Shown: positions 13,670-26,700 of the stretch, piece by piece
Numbering within the stretch: position 1 is the first letter of the stretch
Layout: each line of letters opens with the position of its first letter
Assembly (NCBI RefSeq): GCF_030144855.1
Contig: NC_082707.1
Coordinates: 46,562,001-46,626,000 of the forward strand
DNA from: Hypanus sabinus
Lineage: Eukaryota
Direction of reading: 5' to 3'
Length of the DNA stretch: 64,000 nt
Translations under genes and position numbers: made by a program
Notes under the pieces: model-generated
What the model saw: only the letters and a program-made list of their open reading frames with translations
Database searches by the model: none
Told to the model about the DNA's origin: nothing

Positions 13670-14520
13670 CTCGCTTTATTGTTTTAGTGACGGCTGTTCC
13701 TGGAGCTGCTGGAACTCAAAGAGGTTTAATTCCCTCCCGATTGTTTTCTACCTCTGCTGCTGGACTGATTGTCCCACTCCCATCGGGGAGGAGGCTACTT
13801 AACATCCACGCTAGGACCACCAGATTCAAAAACAGTTAACTTTCCCCAAGCAGCAAAGCCCATCAACACCACCACCCACTAACTCTACCACTACTTTATT
13901 ATTTCCTGTATGTACAGCCTAGCATCACTTTATGGACATACCGCCAATCTATGTACTGAATACAAGCTAGCTTATGTATTTATATTTATTGTGTTTTTTT
14001 AAAATAATTGTGTTCTTTGTCTTTTGTGTTTCTGTGGTGCATTTGGATCTGGAGGATCAGTTTCTTTGCTCTCCTTTAAACGTGTACTGGAAACGACATT
14101 AGATATTAAAAAACAACAAATACAGCTTTTACAGCTTCTCCCAGCCATTAGGTTTCAGAACAGCCCACGAAACCGTGGACTTATTACCGCGTTATTCAGC
14201 AGGTCAGGCAGCATCTATGGAAAAGAGCACAGTTGATGTTTTGGGCCGAGACCCTTCAGCAGGAAGGGTCTCAGCCCAAAACCTCGACTGAATTTTCCCC
14301 CTAGATGATACCTGGCCTGCAGAGTTCCTCCAGCATTTTGTGTGTTTTGCTTGGATTTGCAGCATCTGCAGATTTTCTCTTGCTTGTGATTGATTATCTC
14401 GCTATTCCTTTTTTTTTGCACTACAGTTTTGTAAATTCTAGATTTGTATGTCTTTGCACTATACTGCTGTGTAAAACAACACATGTCACTCATAGAAAGT
14501 GATATTAAATCTGATTCTGA
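13670..14520 (+). mobile_element. Rex1/Babar 3' fragments, one interrupted by a Penelope fold-back
   Basis: PLPSGRRLLNIHARTTRFKNS; tail AATCTGATTCTGAT near 14508. Confidence 0.6.
14197..14385. mobile_element. Penelope-like terminal sequence in fold-back arrangement
   Basis: Inverted arms 14197-14257 and 14263-14322 followed by the element end CAGCATCTGCAGATTTTCTC. Confidence 0.7.
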
Positions 14521-15559
14521 TACTTAAACCTAGCTTTACATCGTTAGCCTGATATCCAATTGTGAGGCAGAGCTGGATCTTTTTCCAATTACTCGATGTC
14601 AGGTCTAACCACTTCCAGCAGTAGCTGAACATGCGGTTAAGTACCTCAGAAGGCTTTTATTGGTGGAGGAGCAATATCATTGGAAGTTGTCACTTTCTGT
14701 TCTGGAGTCAGTAATTCTAAGTTCCATGGAATCTCATTTTAAGTTATTAACTTCATCAAAAGGGACCAGTAACTCAGGCGAGGGCTCAAACCTGGCAAAA
14801 CCTTCTAGAATCTAACCAGTAAATCTTGAATTTGTTAGATTGAATAGTTGGAAAAAAATAATGCAAGGAGTGTGATGTTCTGTTTCCAAGACACTACGCA
14901 GTAGGTTGTATAATTGAAAGTGTGGTGTATTACTCATTTCTCTCACAAGTAAGATTTGTTTTGCTCATTTTATTGTTGTTGAAAATAATAGAAGAACTGC
15001 TGTGTGACAATGCTCAAAAATTCTAAGCACCAAATCAATTTTTTATTGAATAAAAATTGTGGTAGAATTATTTATGTTGCAATTCTGCTGCGGTGAGAGT
15101 ACAAACGAATCAATAGGTTCAGAGAGTTAATGCACACAAATAAAAAGAACATTGTAACAGAAGCTGGCTCCACTGTTAAGTCTGTAACCTATTTTCATGT
15201 AACCTTTAATATACATTTGACCTCTAGAAAAGGAGAAGGACAAGAATGATACAATACCTGGCTGATTGGTGCCATAATTGGGCACTATGGGTGATGCTTT
15301 GCATCTGTTTTGATGTCCTTTGCTTGCATAGCGTGCTGCACTGCCTCAATTTTGGGAAGGGCACTAGTGCATGTCATGCTATCACTTGGCGGTAGGTAAG
15401 TCATGACATCAATCAACATGCAGCGCTGATTTAATGTCAATTTCTTCAAATGTGTCATGTGTTTAATATGCATGTCTGAGCAAACGTCCTGCAACAGGAC
15501 AGGCCACTGACCTGTCCCATTTAAAGGTGTAACCAGTACTAGCTAGTCATTGAATGTTA

Positions 15560-17490
15560 ACTCAAGTGATGTGCTTCCAAAATTCTCCAGGCTTTGAAAG
15601 TAGTAGAAGGAGCCTTTTAGAGCTCATGGAGTTTGTACTCAGGACTTCTCCAATGACTCCCAAAGGTATGGAAGCCACCCTACAATGTGTACTCTGCAGG
15701 ACATATGCAGAGCAGAGCAATCTGCATAGAGAGGGAGGAGCAAGGAGAGAAAGACTCTCGACACCAAGGGAAGCCAAATCCAAAACTCACCTCTGAGGAT
15801 GTGAAGCACGTATGATTCTTCACCATCTTGAAAGAAAGCAACCGTCAGAGTGAGCAGGCAGCTTGGCCAAATTTGCAGCCTTGCTAATGAAGCAGGGTGA
15901 CTTTGCATTGTGGACACCACAAATGAATTCAAAGGTGGACTTGCACTTTCTAGATGTCTACTTGGTCCGTGACCTACACATACCTCAGGCTGATCAGTGG
16001 CCGGTATCCATGCTGTGCCTGCTTGTGGTGCACATTTGTCTGAACTCTGAAGTGTTTCTCAAGTGGTCAAACCTTGAATGTTGGAACAATGTTGACCAGT
16101 ATTGAAGGAATTTCAGATGGCCACAGGATGCAACCTTGAATATCACTTGCCCTTGAAGTCAGGACCTCAGTCTGTACTTCCTCGTCTCAGCAACAATAGC
16201 CTAAGCTGATAGATTGGATGATAGACAACTGCAAGAGTACCAGCAGAATGATCATAGTAGTAGTGAGAGTAGATAATAGATTTGTTCTTCACAAAGTCAT
16301 AGCAACAACCAAAGTGGTACTACAACAATCATTAACAGCCCTGGAGCTGGACTGCAGGGATCACATAAGTCCTTTTCAATACCGGCATTCACATTCATGA
16401 AAGAATTATTCTGAGCTTGCCCAGCAAGTGCAAATTCACCTTCAGTGTATAAATTCTGGGCTTCCACTGCAGCAGCCTAACATGTATAGCCTCTGCTTAT
16501 TGTGCAGCAGCAGCAGAGACAAGTCTCATTAGATAGCTCATTGTGGCTAGGTCTGGCTGAGTTCCAAGACCTGTACAAACCTGAAGCATTGGTCTCTTCC
16601 GTATTCCTTGCTTATTCCTCCTTGTGTGGAAGATGCCGGGGAAGATAGCTGAATGCAGTAAGCATTCGACGTCAGCCTTCTTTCACAGGCTGAGCTTCCT
16701 GAGTCTACAGCAAAGCTCGCTATATGAAGTTTGGTATTTCTGGTACCCTTTTGCCTTGCCCTGGCTGCAGCACACTCATGCCTAATTACGCCCCAGATAC
16801 CAATTACATCTCCTGTAGAAATGTACTTGAGCTGGTGAACATGGAAATGGAGTAGGAGCAGGGCCTTCTCGTCACTGTCTTTGCACTCTTTTATCACCAA
16901 CACCCGAATGAATGGGTTGGTTGGTGGTGCAGAAAGCATATGAAAAGCTGTATGTTTATACTACAAGCCAGTTGTCAATCAGATATTGACAAGTGGATAA
17001 TTGAGCTCGGGCTGAGCATGAACTGGGATGTGAGAATGAAGATTAAGAATGGAAACTCATCCTCTCAAACAATCTTTGACTTGCCGCTGGCAATGAACTT
17101 TGTCTGCAGCGAAGTGAAGTGTTGCACCCACACCTATTGCTTGCCAGCTTGTTGGCGCTGGTACTGATGCTGGGGGTACAGCTGTATGTGTCTTGCTGCA
17201 GGCATTAGTGTCTGTGCTGGCTGATGCCGTTCATGGTGCTGGTACATGTGCTGGCTTTGGTGCTTGTTGCTGGCACCAGTGCTGGACCTGTGGTGTTACT
17301 GGTATTGGCTCTGCCTCAGTTGCTTGCTCTGGTCCTGTGCTGGTGCTGTTAATACTCTTGGCAGTAGTGGTTGTATTGTTGCTGTTACTCACACAGGAGA
17401 TGAGGCTGGTTTTGGTGTAGGCTCTAGTCTTAGCACCGATGCTGGTGCTAGTGTAGACGCTGGCACTGGTGAGCCCAGGTTCTGGCACTA
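15560..17490 (-). mobile_element. Possible highly decayed Ngaro/DIRS-type retrotransposon (gag and start of pol)
   Basis: P/A/S/T-rich low-complexity segment, then DQCFRFVQVL..QPDL, AI*NSFNTGQHC..FRQMC, YVLHILRGEFWI in Ngaro-like order; many stops. Confidence 0.3.
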
Positions 17491-17924
17491 GTTGTGTCCA
17501 CCTAATCCTGATAGAGAGAGGTGTCTTTCAGTGTCACAGATGTGTTTGGGTGATGTGATTGCCATACTGGAATAGTTGGGAAGTTACAGAATACAACCAC
17601 AAATCTTGGAGCACTGGTTAGTGTGTGTGTTTATGAAGCTTAACTCCAAAAGTTGAATGATAGAGAAGTTTTGTTGGTTACTGGTGGAAGGCAAGTCAAT
17701 GTAATATTACAGACACTTTTTGTGAGACATGGCGTTTGAAGATACTATGCATGTGAGATCTTTGCAGTTTTTGCTATAGGCCCTTGACCTGTCTTGAGTC
17801 AAAATGAGTACAGGTCATCTCTCTTCGCAATCATATTCACTGCATGAATCCAGAATCACATGTGGCATCTTACACTTCCTGAAGCTATACCATGTCTACC
17901 TACTATCAAGAGATCTAAGATAAT

Positions 17925-18235
17925 TTTCATTGCCAAATTCTCTCAACCTATTCTCATAGGGCATGCTTCCCAATCCAGGCAACATCCTTGTAAATCTCCT
18001 CTGCACCCTTTCAATAGTTTCCACTTCCTTCCTGTAGTGAGGTGACCAGAACTGAGCACAGTACCCCAAGTGGGGTCTGACCAGGGTCCTATATAGCTGC
18101 AACATTACCTCTCAGCTCTTAAGCCTAATCCCATGGTTTATGAAGGCCAATGCACCGTATGCCTTCTTAATCACACAGTCAACCTGCGCAGCAGCTTTGA
18201 GTGTCCTATGGACTCAGAACCCAACATCCCTCTTA
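17925..18235 (-). mobile_element. CR1 LINE fragment
   Basis: LYRTLVRPHLGYCAQFWSPHYRKEVETIERVQRRFTRMLPGL. Confidence 0.85.
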
Positions 18236-19159
18236 GGAGATGCAATGTGATTTTAAGCTGTTTAAACCAATTTTAGCTGTTTGGAGACTCTGACAAAATT
18301 AGAATGCACAATGAGAGCTGGCAAAAGTCTGATATCATGATGATAAAGAAAGCAACAATTTGGGGTGCAGCAGATTGAATGGTTGTAGAAATTTTGGGAG
18401 TTCTGATCTCCTTGCTGATTTATAGAATTATCCACATGAAGAGTATAAGACGTATTAGCAGAATTAGGCCATTTGGCCGAACAAGTCTGCCATGTCATTT
18501 GAACATGGCTGATTTATTTTCCCTCTCAACCCCATTCTCCTGCCTCCTAGCTGCCATCTTCTTGTAAGATTTCACATGAAGTAATTTGGGAGCTGAATGC
18601 AATATTCTCCAGAAGGGTGCCAAGATTTTGATATGAGATTAACTCATTTCCATTACTTTGGATGTAGGCAGTTTGTGCCGTCAGCAGTATACTTTTGTGC
18701 AGTAGTCAATAGTAACAAATCTTAATTAACCAGTGTTTATTTAACCTCTAAATTGGGTATGCTGGCATCAATGAATTTCAGATTTTGCCCTAAACAGAGC
18801 TTACCAATGCCCTCAAAAATATTGTGGTCCACATGCCTTACCTCACCAATGACCATCTGCACGTGAGATACAATTCATGAACTGAGAAAGTGTCCATGAG
18901 GCATGGTGCTACTGTTTGGAAAACATGCCATTTCCATCTCTGGCATGCCTGATATTCTCACCATTATTGGATACTGCATCTTATCCTAATTAAAAACAGT
19001 GCAATGTACATCAATTCAGAGCTACCAGATTTATGATCAATAAGAAAAAATCTATTTTGTAGCTGAATGATTGATCATTCAATTTACAATTAACAAGAGA
19101 GGAATCTAAAGTTCATAGACATTTGATGTTATTTCCTGGGCTCTTGGCGTGTAATGAAA

Positions 19160-19177
19160 TAGCGCCACCTGTTGGCA
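19160..19177 (-). promoter_or_regulatory. CTCF binding motif
   Basis: Reverse complement TGCCAACAGGTGGCGCTA is close to the CTCF core consensus CCASYAGRKGGCRS. Confidence 0.6.
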
Positions 19178-20091
19178 ATAACAACAAATACCGTATTCAA
19201 TTACTGATTTTTCACTGAGGACAGAAGCCCAAGACCCTAAATAATGAATATTTACTTGTTTTCTCAATATGATGGTTTAAGCCAAAGGCTGGTGAGGTAA
19301 AATAGTCTGCAGTAACCTTTTAAAAATAGCGTGAGTAAATTTAATTAGAATTTGTTATAGCCTTTCATTTTATGCTAACCTTATATTTGATTTCTTAATG
19401 AATCTGGACATAGTCATAATAAATTTGACAAAATTATAATGGAATATGGCATCTTAATGTAGCCTTCGTGGAATGAGCTAATAAAAGTAACATGTACATA
19501 TTTCAAATTCACCTCACATCACTTTGAACTGGAGTAAACAGCTTTGAGATACTGTTGTGGGATTTCCAAAACAATGATTGATGAACTTGCCCTTTTTCTA
19601 GAATTGCACCCTTGCAATATCTAATTTTTAACTTTTATATTCACATTAATTATATGGTTATTATTAGCTTCTAAAATTGAAGAGATAATTTGCATTTATA
19701 TAGAGCCTTTCATGACTGTGAGATATCACATAGTACTTCAAAATAAATTAAGAATTATTTTTGAGGAATGTTCACTGCCATTAAGGAGGGATTCAGAGCA
19801 GTTAATTTGTTTATAGCAAGCTGTAATAACATTGAAGAAACAGGAATATTTTAAAATGCCAATAAGTAATCTTACGGAATTCAATGCTCGGAATTACTTG
19901 GATGTCAAAAGTGAAGGCTTGAGTTTAATTAGAAAAGATCATTTAGATTCTTTGTTTAGTTTCCCGCTCCCTTATTCTACTTTAATACGCTTTTTCAAGG
20001 CCCTTAGCTGCACTGTATTCAAATGGAAGTTGTGATTTATGGGGATGACATCACAGCCTTTGCCTTCATTTTTCCTTCTTTTTTGTCTATG

Positions 20092-20367
20092 CACTTTGGA
20101 GAACTCAATGGAGAGAAATGTGTTTTCTTGTGTTTTCCACAGGGTTGAGGAAAACATGAGTGGCATAATAAGATCAAAATTGTTTGGGGAAGCTGTGTTT
20201 GGCAAGACGGATTTCCCACAACAATTTCACTCAATAAGCTGCACAAGTAATATGGCACTGTGATCATAATTCAGTGTGGAGTGAGGCAAATGTGAAAAAG
20301 AATACTGGAAACTTGACTTTGGCCCTGTTACAAATTAATCTCCTGTTCACAAATTAAGCAGAATCAA
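20092..20367 (+). repeat. Copy 1 of a ~275-bp diverged direct duplication
   Basis: Colinear similarity with 21425-21696; shares GATTTCCCACAACAATTTCAC. Confidence 0.8.
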
Positions 20368-21424
20368 GTTCTGCACTGGTGATAAAATCTTACCCCAAAA
20401 CCACAACTAATGAAATCCAAGTTAGAATTTGCATTCATTCATTCCCTGCTATTATCTGTCAACAGCAAAAAACAAATTAAGCTACCTTTACACACGGCTG
20501 TTACTTTTTGAATTTTAAAGTTAAACATAATATATTCTCAGCTGTGGTTAAAGTATAAGATATACTGAAATGAAAGGGTGAAAGTATATTATTCCATCAG
20601 TTAACATCTTACAGAATATAAGGCAGTACATTCACCTATTGCCCCCATTTTTCTATGTTTATTCCACATTCCAATGCATTTTAATCTAATTTTATGCTTG
20701 AATCTTTGCGTAGGGAAGATCTGATGATTTGTGATGTGCTAATAGAGAAATATATCCCTAAACAATTAATGAAACATGTTTTTGCCATCATCTCAATAAC
20801 TACGGTATTTCTTCACTGTTAAGGAAAAACCTCTGGCTAGAAATCGCTGTTTATGTACATTTCTAACCCTAATTTGCATACTAATCAATTTTGCAATGAT
20901 CCTTAGTTTCTACTAGTGATTGCACGGGAAGGAGGTGTGCCCAGACCTAGAGGGAAACACAGTGACTCCCATTTCCCACCACAGATCCCTCCTTTCTTTA
21001 CTTTCATGGAGTCCTTTGCTGCTGCTCTCTGAGAGTGTTCTCTGCTAGCTGCCCACGTTTGCAAATGTGTGGAATAAATTTTGGTACTAGATAATTTTTA
21101 ACTTCTCACTAATTTCCTTCCTTTTTGTTAGTTCTGCAAACTGTGCCAATGTAGCCCAAACAAAAAGGGCGAACTCAATTTCTAAATGTTTACCTCAGTG
21201 CTATGCGTGCAACAAATGGATAATAAACAAAGGGGGTCGATGTTGAATTGTGATGTACCTTTAGGTTTTGGACTGCTGTAGTGTAGTCTGAATCACACTG
21301 AGAGTGGGCTTCACGTATTCTCTTATGGAGGTTAATCAGAGGATTTATTGCTCTTGGAAAAAACAACCTAGGTTTTGACGTGTGACTTGTGACAAATGAA
21401 GCATGAAACATACTGGATTTAAAA

Positions 21425-21696
21425 CACTTTGGAGCCTCAATGGAGGGAAATGTGCTTTTTTTTGTACATTCCACAGAGCAGAGAAAAAACATGAGTGGCT
21501 GGATAAAATCCAAATTGTTTTGAGGGAGCTGTGATTCGGGAGGTGTGATTTCCCACAACAATTTCACCCAATTATCTGCACAAATAATGTGAGTATAATT
21601 CGATGTAGAGTGTGGCAAATGTGAAAGAGAATCCTGGAAGCTTGATCTTGGTCTTGTTAAAAATTATTCTCACATTCAGAAATTAAGCAGATTCAA
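21425..21696 (+). repeat. Copy 2 of a ~275-bp diverged direct duplication
   Basis: Colinear similarity with 20092-20367. Confidence 0.8.
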
Positions 21697-22185
21697 TTCG
21701 TTCCATAACTTTTGTTGTTAATTTGATTTCTTTGTGGGTCAAATGATGTACTTCTACATCATTTAGCAAGGACAGTTTGCCAGGATGCTTTCATAAATTA
21801 TAAATTATCCATTCTAAACCCAAAAGAAATAAAACACAAGTGGCAAATGTTTTCTCTCTGTTAATATTAGCCGATTCATAAAGAATGGATTTAAAATTAT
21901 TGTTCTACAATAGTTGGTGATCAGAAAGCATGTGGCCAACTACTAGCTCTGAATTTTGCCCAGAAACCTATTAATCATATCGAATATGTTATTTTCTTCT
22001 AACCTCAGATCTGCTAAAGGTTATGGAGTACAGCATCTTATTGTTTCATAAAGAAATACCTGTTAACATACATGGTTATCAATTTAAAAATCCATAAATT
22101 AGAAATATGCTAAGCTTCTTGAAATAAGCTTCTTGAGATCCTTATTATTTGGATACTAAAGATCCATCAAGATTCTTCAGGATAA

Positions 22186-22300
22186 GGGTAGCATGGTAGC
22201 AAAGTAGTTAGAGGTGGCAGAATAACATAGTAGTACGGGTAATGCTATAGCAGTGCCAATGACCCAGGTTCACTTCTGCCACTATCTGTAAGTAGTTTCT
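22186..22300 (+). mobile_element. Degenerate tRNA-derived SINE head (HE1/V-SINE-like)
   Basis: A-box-like TGGTAGC..GTAGTTAG and B-box-like GACCCAGGTTCACTTC followed by CTGTAAG. Confidence 0.45.
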
Positions 22301-23439
22301 TTAGAGTAAGACTGCCCTTCAAACTTACTCAACGCTTATCAGGTGTTTACGAGAATGACTTACACAAGTTGACTGGACCGGAAATGACTTTGCCACATCT
22401 AAATTTTGTGATTAGGGTAATGTGTAGAGGTCCATCTGTCTTTTTTTACTTTTGTTTTAATATTGCAGTCATCTTCTAACTGAATAGTTGGCTTGACTAT
22501 GCCAAGAAAGGCACTTAAGAGTCAACCACATTGCTGAGGGTAGCGAGCTGCATGTGGGCCAGAATGGGTAATGATGCAGATTTCATTCTGGGAAAGACAT
22601 TCCTGAAGGAGATTTGTTTTTAAATTAATTGGTGGTCATCACTTGCAAGGTGACAAATGGTGATCAGCTATCGATGTAATACAATTTGGTAAGAATCTGC
22701 ATATTTAAAACTGCCAGGGGAACTAATTTGAACACATGCAAGTAAACTATTCTGGTGTGAAAGTTTAGAACAAAGGACACAACCAGAAAATTAGGGATAG
22801 ATCATTCAGTAATGAAGTCACACTGCATGTTTCACATAACTTAGTGACAATGTAACTCCCTCAAAAGATAATTGGCAGGTCAGCTTTTTTTGAACTATGC
22901 TCCCAAACAATGGAATTTAATACTATTTAATAATAATTTAATAAAACTACGAGGGATGCAGACTCAGTTGACACTTTTAAATGCCAGCTCAAAACGTGTT
23001 TATTTAACCCTGCTTTTAATACAGAAACATCTTTTATCTTTTATTTTTACGTTTGCACGTTATTGTAAAGCACTTTGAATTGCATTCTCTAGAATACTAA
23101 TATATTATTAGTATATAATATTTTTTATTATTAGTTTGTAGGTTTGGAGATTGTCGCAACCAATTGAAAAATTAAGGACTGGGATCAACAGTTTTCCACT
23201 GCTACAGGATACAGAGATAAAACAGGACAACTGAGTTCACACATCAAACTTTGTGCTTGCGTGCGTGCGTTGCTTTTTAAATACATTTTATACCATCCTA
23301 AATTATTTGATCAAGCTTCAGCAAATGAATCTTTGGAATCAAAGATCGGAAAGAATACGATATGATTTCACATTAGACCTTTAGTAAACTAACTGTTTGC
23401 AAGACAAGCAATGAATCGAGACTAAAATGATGGAATATG

Positions 23440-23740
23440 GACCACCCCTGCTGCCACGCTGCCCCGGAACCTCGGATTCCGCGTTCTTGTTCTGATCGGA
23501 CGGATTTCAGGGGAGCACACCGGTTGTTATGGCGTGTGTGGCGTGAGCAACGGACGACCAGCTATGGGCAAGAAAAAGAGCGGCAGCGGCGGTGGTCTGG
23601 GGCGGGCCATCATCCGCGAAAAGAACCAGTTAGCCAGGAACCCGAGGAAGGCGAACGACTGGGTGAGTGGCGAGGGACTGTTTACTGTAGGGAAGCAGAG
23701 CTCTCCCCATGTCCCGAACTCCCCCGACCCTGCTTAAGGC
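23440..23740 (+). promoter_or_regulatory. LSG1 promoter/CpG island
   Basis: CpG-rich stretch around exon 1 with an ETS-like CCGGAA motif near 23464. Confidence 0.55.
23564..23662 (+). CDS. LSG1: LSG1 coding exon 1
   Basis: MGKKKSGSGGGLGRAIIREKNQLARNPRKANDW then GTGAGT donor. Confidence 0.9.
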
Positions 23741-26700
23741 TTTGACTCACTTCGGTGATAATCATTCCCTGTTACCTCCAACCCTCTCTCCTATTCTTCC
23801 ACCATAAAAGCACTGAACTTCCTTCCACATCGAATGGATAGTCTCGCATTTCCCTATCTACTAACTTCTCGGGCCCCGAGTTGTACTTTTTAGTAACTTG
23901 ATAACTGTCGAATCTGGCATCGGAATCAAGAGTTATTATCACCGGCATGTGTCGTGAAAACTTAGCAGCAGCACACTGCAGTACATGATGATATAGAAGG
24001 GGGAAAAGTAAATCAATTGCAGTAAGTGTATGTCTGCAGATTAAATAGTTAGATTAAAAATAGTGCAAAACAAATAATATAAAAGAGTGAGGCCGTGATA
24101 GTGGGTTCAGTGCTCATTTCAGAATCGAATGGCAGAGGGAAAGAAGCTGTTCCTGACTCGCGGAGTGTGTGCCTTCAAACTTCTGTACCTCCTACCTGAC
24201 GGTAACAATGAGAAGAGGGCATCCCCTGGCCGATGGGGGCCCTTAATAATGGACACCTGCCTTTCTGAGGCACTGCTCCTTAAAGGTGTCGTGGATACTG
24301 CGGAGGCTAGTACCCAAGATGGAACTGACTTATTTTCCAACTTCCTGTAGCTCCTTTCCATCCTGTGCAGTAGTGTGCACACCCCCCACACACCTTACCA
24401 AACAGTGATCAATGCACTTCATCTAAATAATTAAATTTAGAATTGGCTGGCAGACAGACAACATGTAACCAGTCCTTTTCTAAGTAGTAGGCAGTGACAA
24501 TTATAAACACGAGAAATTCTGCAGATGCTGAAAATACACAGAATGCTGGAGGAACTCAGCAGGTCAGGTAGCATCTATGGAACTGAATAACCAGTCAATG
24601 TTTTGAGCAGAGACATGTTTTTCATGTTCGTGTTCTCAGGACTGGAAAGGAACGGGGAAGATGCTAGACGAAAGAGGTGGGGTGAGGAGAAGGAGGATAG
24701 CTAGAAGGTGATGGGGGAAGCCAGGTGGATGAGAAAGGTAAAGGGCTGTAGAGGAAGGAATCTTCCTCTACACGAATAGGAAAGGAGAGTGGACCATGGA
24801 AGAAAAGGAAGGAGGAGGGGACCCAGGGAGAAGCAGGTGAGAAGAAGCAAGAGGAAGGAAAAAGTTTATTTACCCAGAAGGGGAAATCATGCCATCAGGT
24901 TGGTGGCCACTTAGGTGGAATATAAGATGTTGCTCCTCCACCTGGAGGGTGGCCTCATCGTGACACAAGAGGAGGCCATGGACTGAAATGTCGCACAGGA
25001 ATCGAAATTAAAATGCTTGGTCACAGGGAAGCTCTGCTTTTGGCTGAAGGAGCAGAGGTGCTCGATGAAGTGAACCTCCACTGATGGGCCTCACCAAGTT
25101 AGGGGAGACTGCATTGGGAACACTGGATGCAGTTGACAACCCCAGCAGTGATAATTGCCAAGTTTATTGCTAGGACCCCAGCTATTCATGTTATGTTTAG
25201 ATTGGGGAATTAAGTGCAATATCAGGAAATCTGCAGACAACGTTATGAAAGAAAGCTTGCAGGAAGCTGAGAAGGCAAAGAGTACCCTGCTTCTTAGAAA
25301 CATAGAAAACCTACAGCACAATACAGGTCTTTCAGCCCACAAAGCTGTGCTGAACACATCCCTACCTTAGAAATTACTAGGCTTACCTATAGCCCTCTAT
25401 TTTACTAATCTCCATGTACCTATCTAAAAGCCTCTTAAAAGACCCTTTCGTATCCGCCTCCACCACTGTTGCCGGCAGTCCATTCCATACACTCACCACT
25501 CTGAGTAAAAAAATTTACCCCTGACATTTTCTCTGTACCTACTCCCCAGCACCTTAAACCTGTGTCCTCTTGTGGCAACCATTTCAGCCCTGGGAAAAAG
25601 CCTCTTACTATCCACACAATCAACGCCCCTCATCATCTTGTACACCTCTATCAGGTCACCTCTCATCCAATGTCGCTTCAAGGAGAAAAGGCTGAGTTCA
25701 CTCAATCTGGTTTCATAAGGCATGCTCCCCAATCCAGGCAACATCCTTGTAAATCTCCTCTGCACCCTTTCTATGGCTTGCACATCCTTCCTGTAGTGAG
25801 GAGACCAGAACTGAGCACAGTACTCCAAGTGGGGTCTGACCATAGCTGCATTTTCTTAAAATGAAGAAAATTAATTATTGAAGCAGTGATGTCTTGCTGG
25901 AGTTGTAGAGGGTTTTGGGGAGACTATGCCTTGACTATTGGTCATTTTGATCTCCTTCCTTGAGGAAGGGTATTCTTGCCATTGAGGGATTACAGCAAAG
26001 GGTTCACCTGTCTTATTCCTGGGATTTGAAGACTGATGTATGGGGACATATAGGCTTGAATTTTTTGGGGTTTAGAGGAACGGAGAGCAACTTACTGAAG
26101 CATTAAATCCTGATGATGGGATAGTGCAGAATAAATGAATGAATGTCTACTGGAAACCAGTACATCCCCCCTTTCCCTCTTCTCCCTAAACTCTGATTTC
26201 ATAAAGCAATTTCATGAAAGCCAGGATCAAATCTGAGTACACCACATTGCTCACTGTAACACCTTTCATGAAGTTAGTCACGTCAGTGGTAGGGAAGCTG
26301 TTGGAAATATGATTTATGAGCATTTAGAAATACATAGCTTAATTAGGGACAGTTGACATGGCTTTGTGCAGGATAGGTTTTGTCTTATTAACTTGATTGA
26401 GTTTTTTGAGGAGGTGACTGTGGTGATCAAAGAGGGTAGAGCACTGGAGGTTGTCTATGTAGATTTTCATAAGACATTTGATAAAGTCCCTTGTGATCAT
26501 CTCATCTAGATGATTCTGGTCATTTTGACTCAGAATTGGGTTGCCCATGGAAGGTGGAGCATTGAAGTCATTGGTTCTTATTCTGGGTGGAGGTTCTTGA
26601 CTAAAATAGTGCCACAGGGATCTATACCGAGACCTCTGGTCTTGATTGCGGATTGGTAGCTTTACTGAGAGTATAAAAAAAATGGTGGTGTTCTGGATAA

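Noticed and set aside
17193-17491. Overlapping ORFs on both strands suggesting a small membrane or mucin-like gene
   Set aside because: Low-complexity GCT/GGT-rich sequence is open in several frames by composition; no splice or promoter support
20039-20263. Small ORF in copy 1 of the duplicated element
   Set aside because: Copy 2 has a stop after MSGWIKSKLF and a frameshift, so the conservation is not at the protein level
23534-23563. N-terminal extension of LSG1 from the ORF-track start
   Set aside because: GTG start; homology to LSG1 begins at the ATG at 23564
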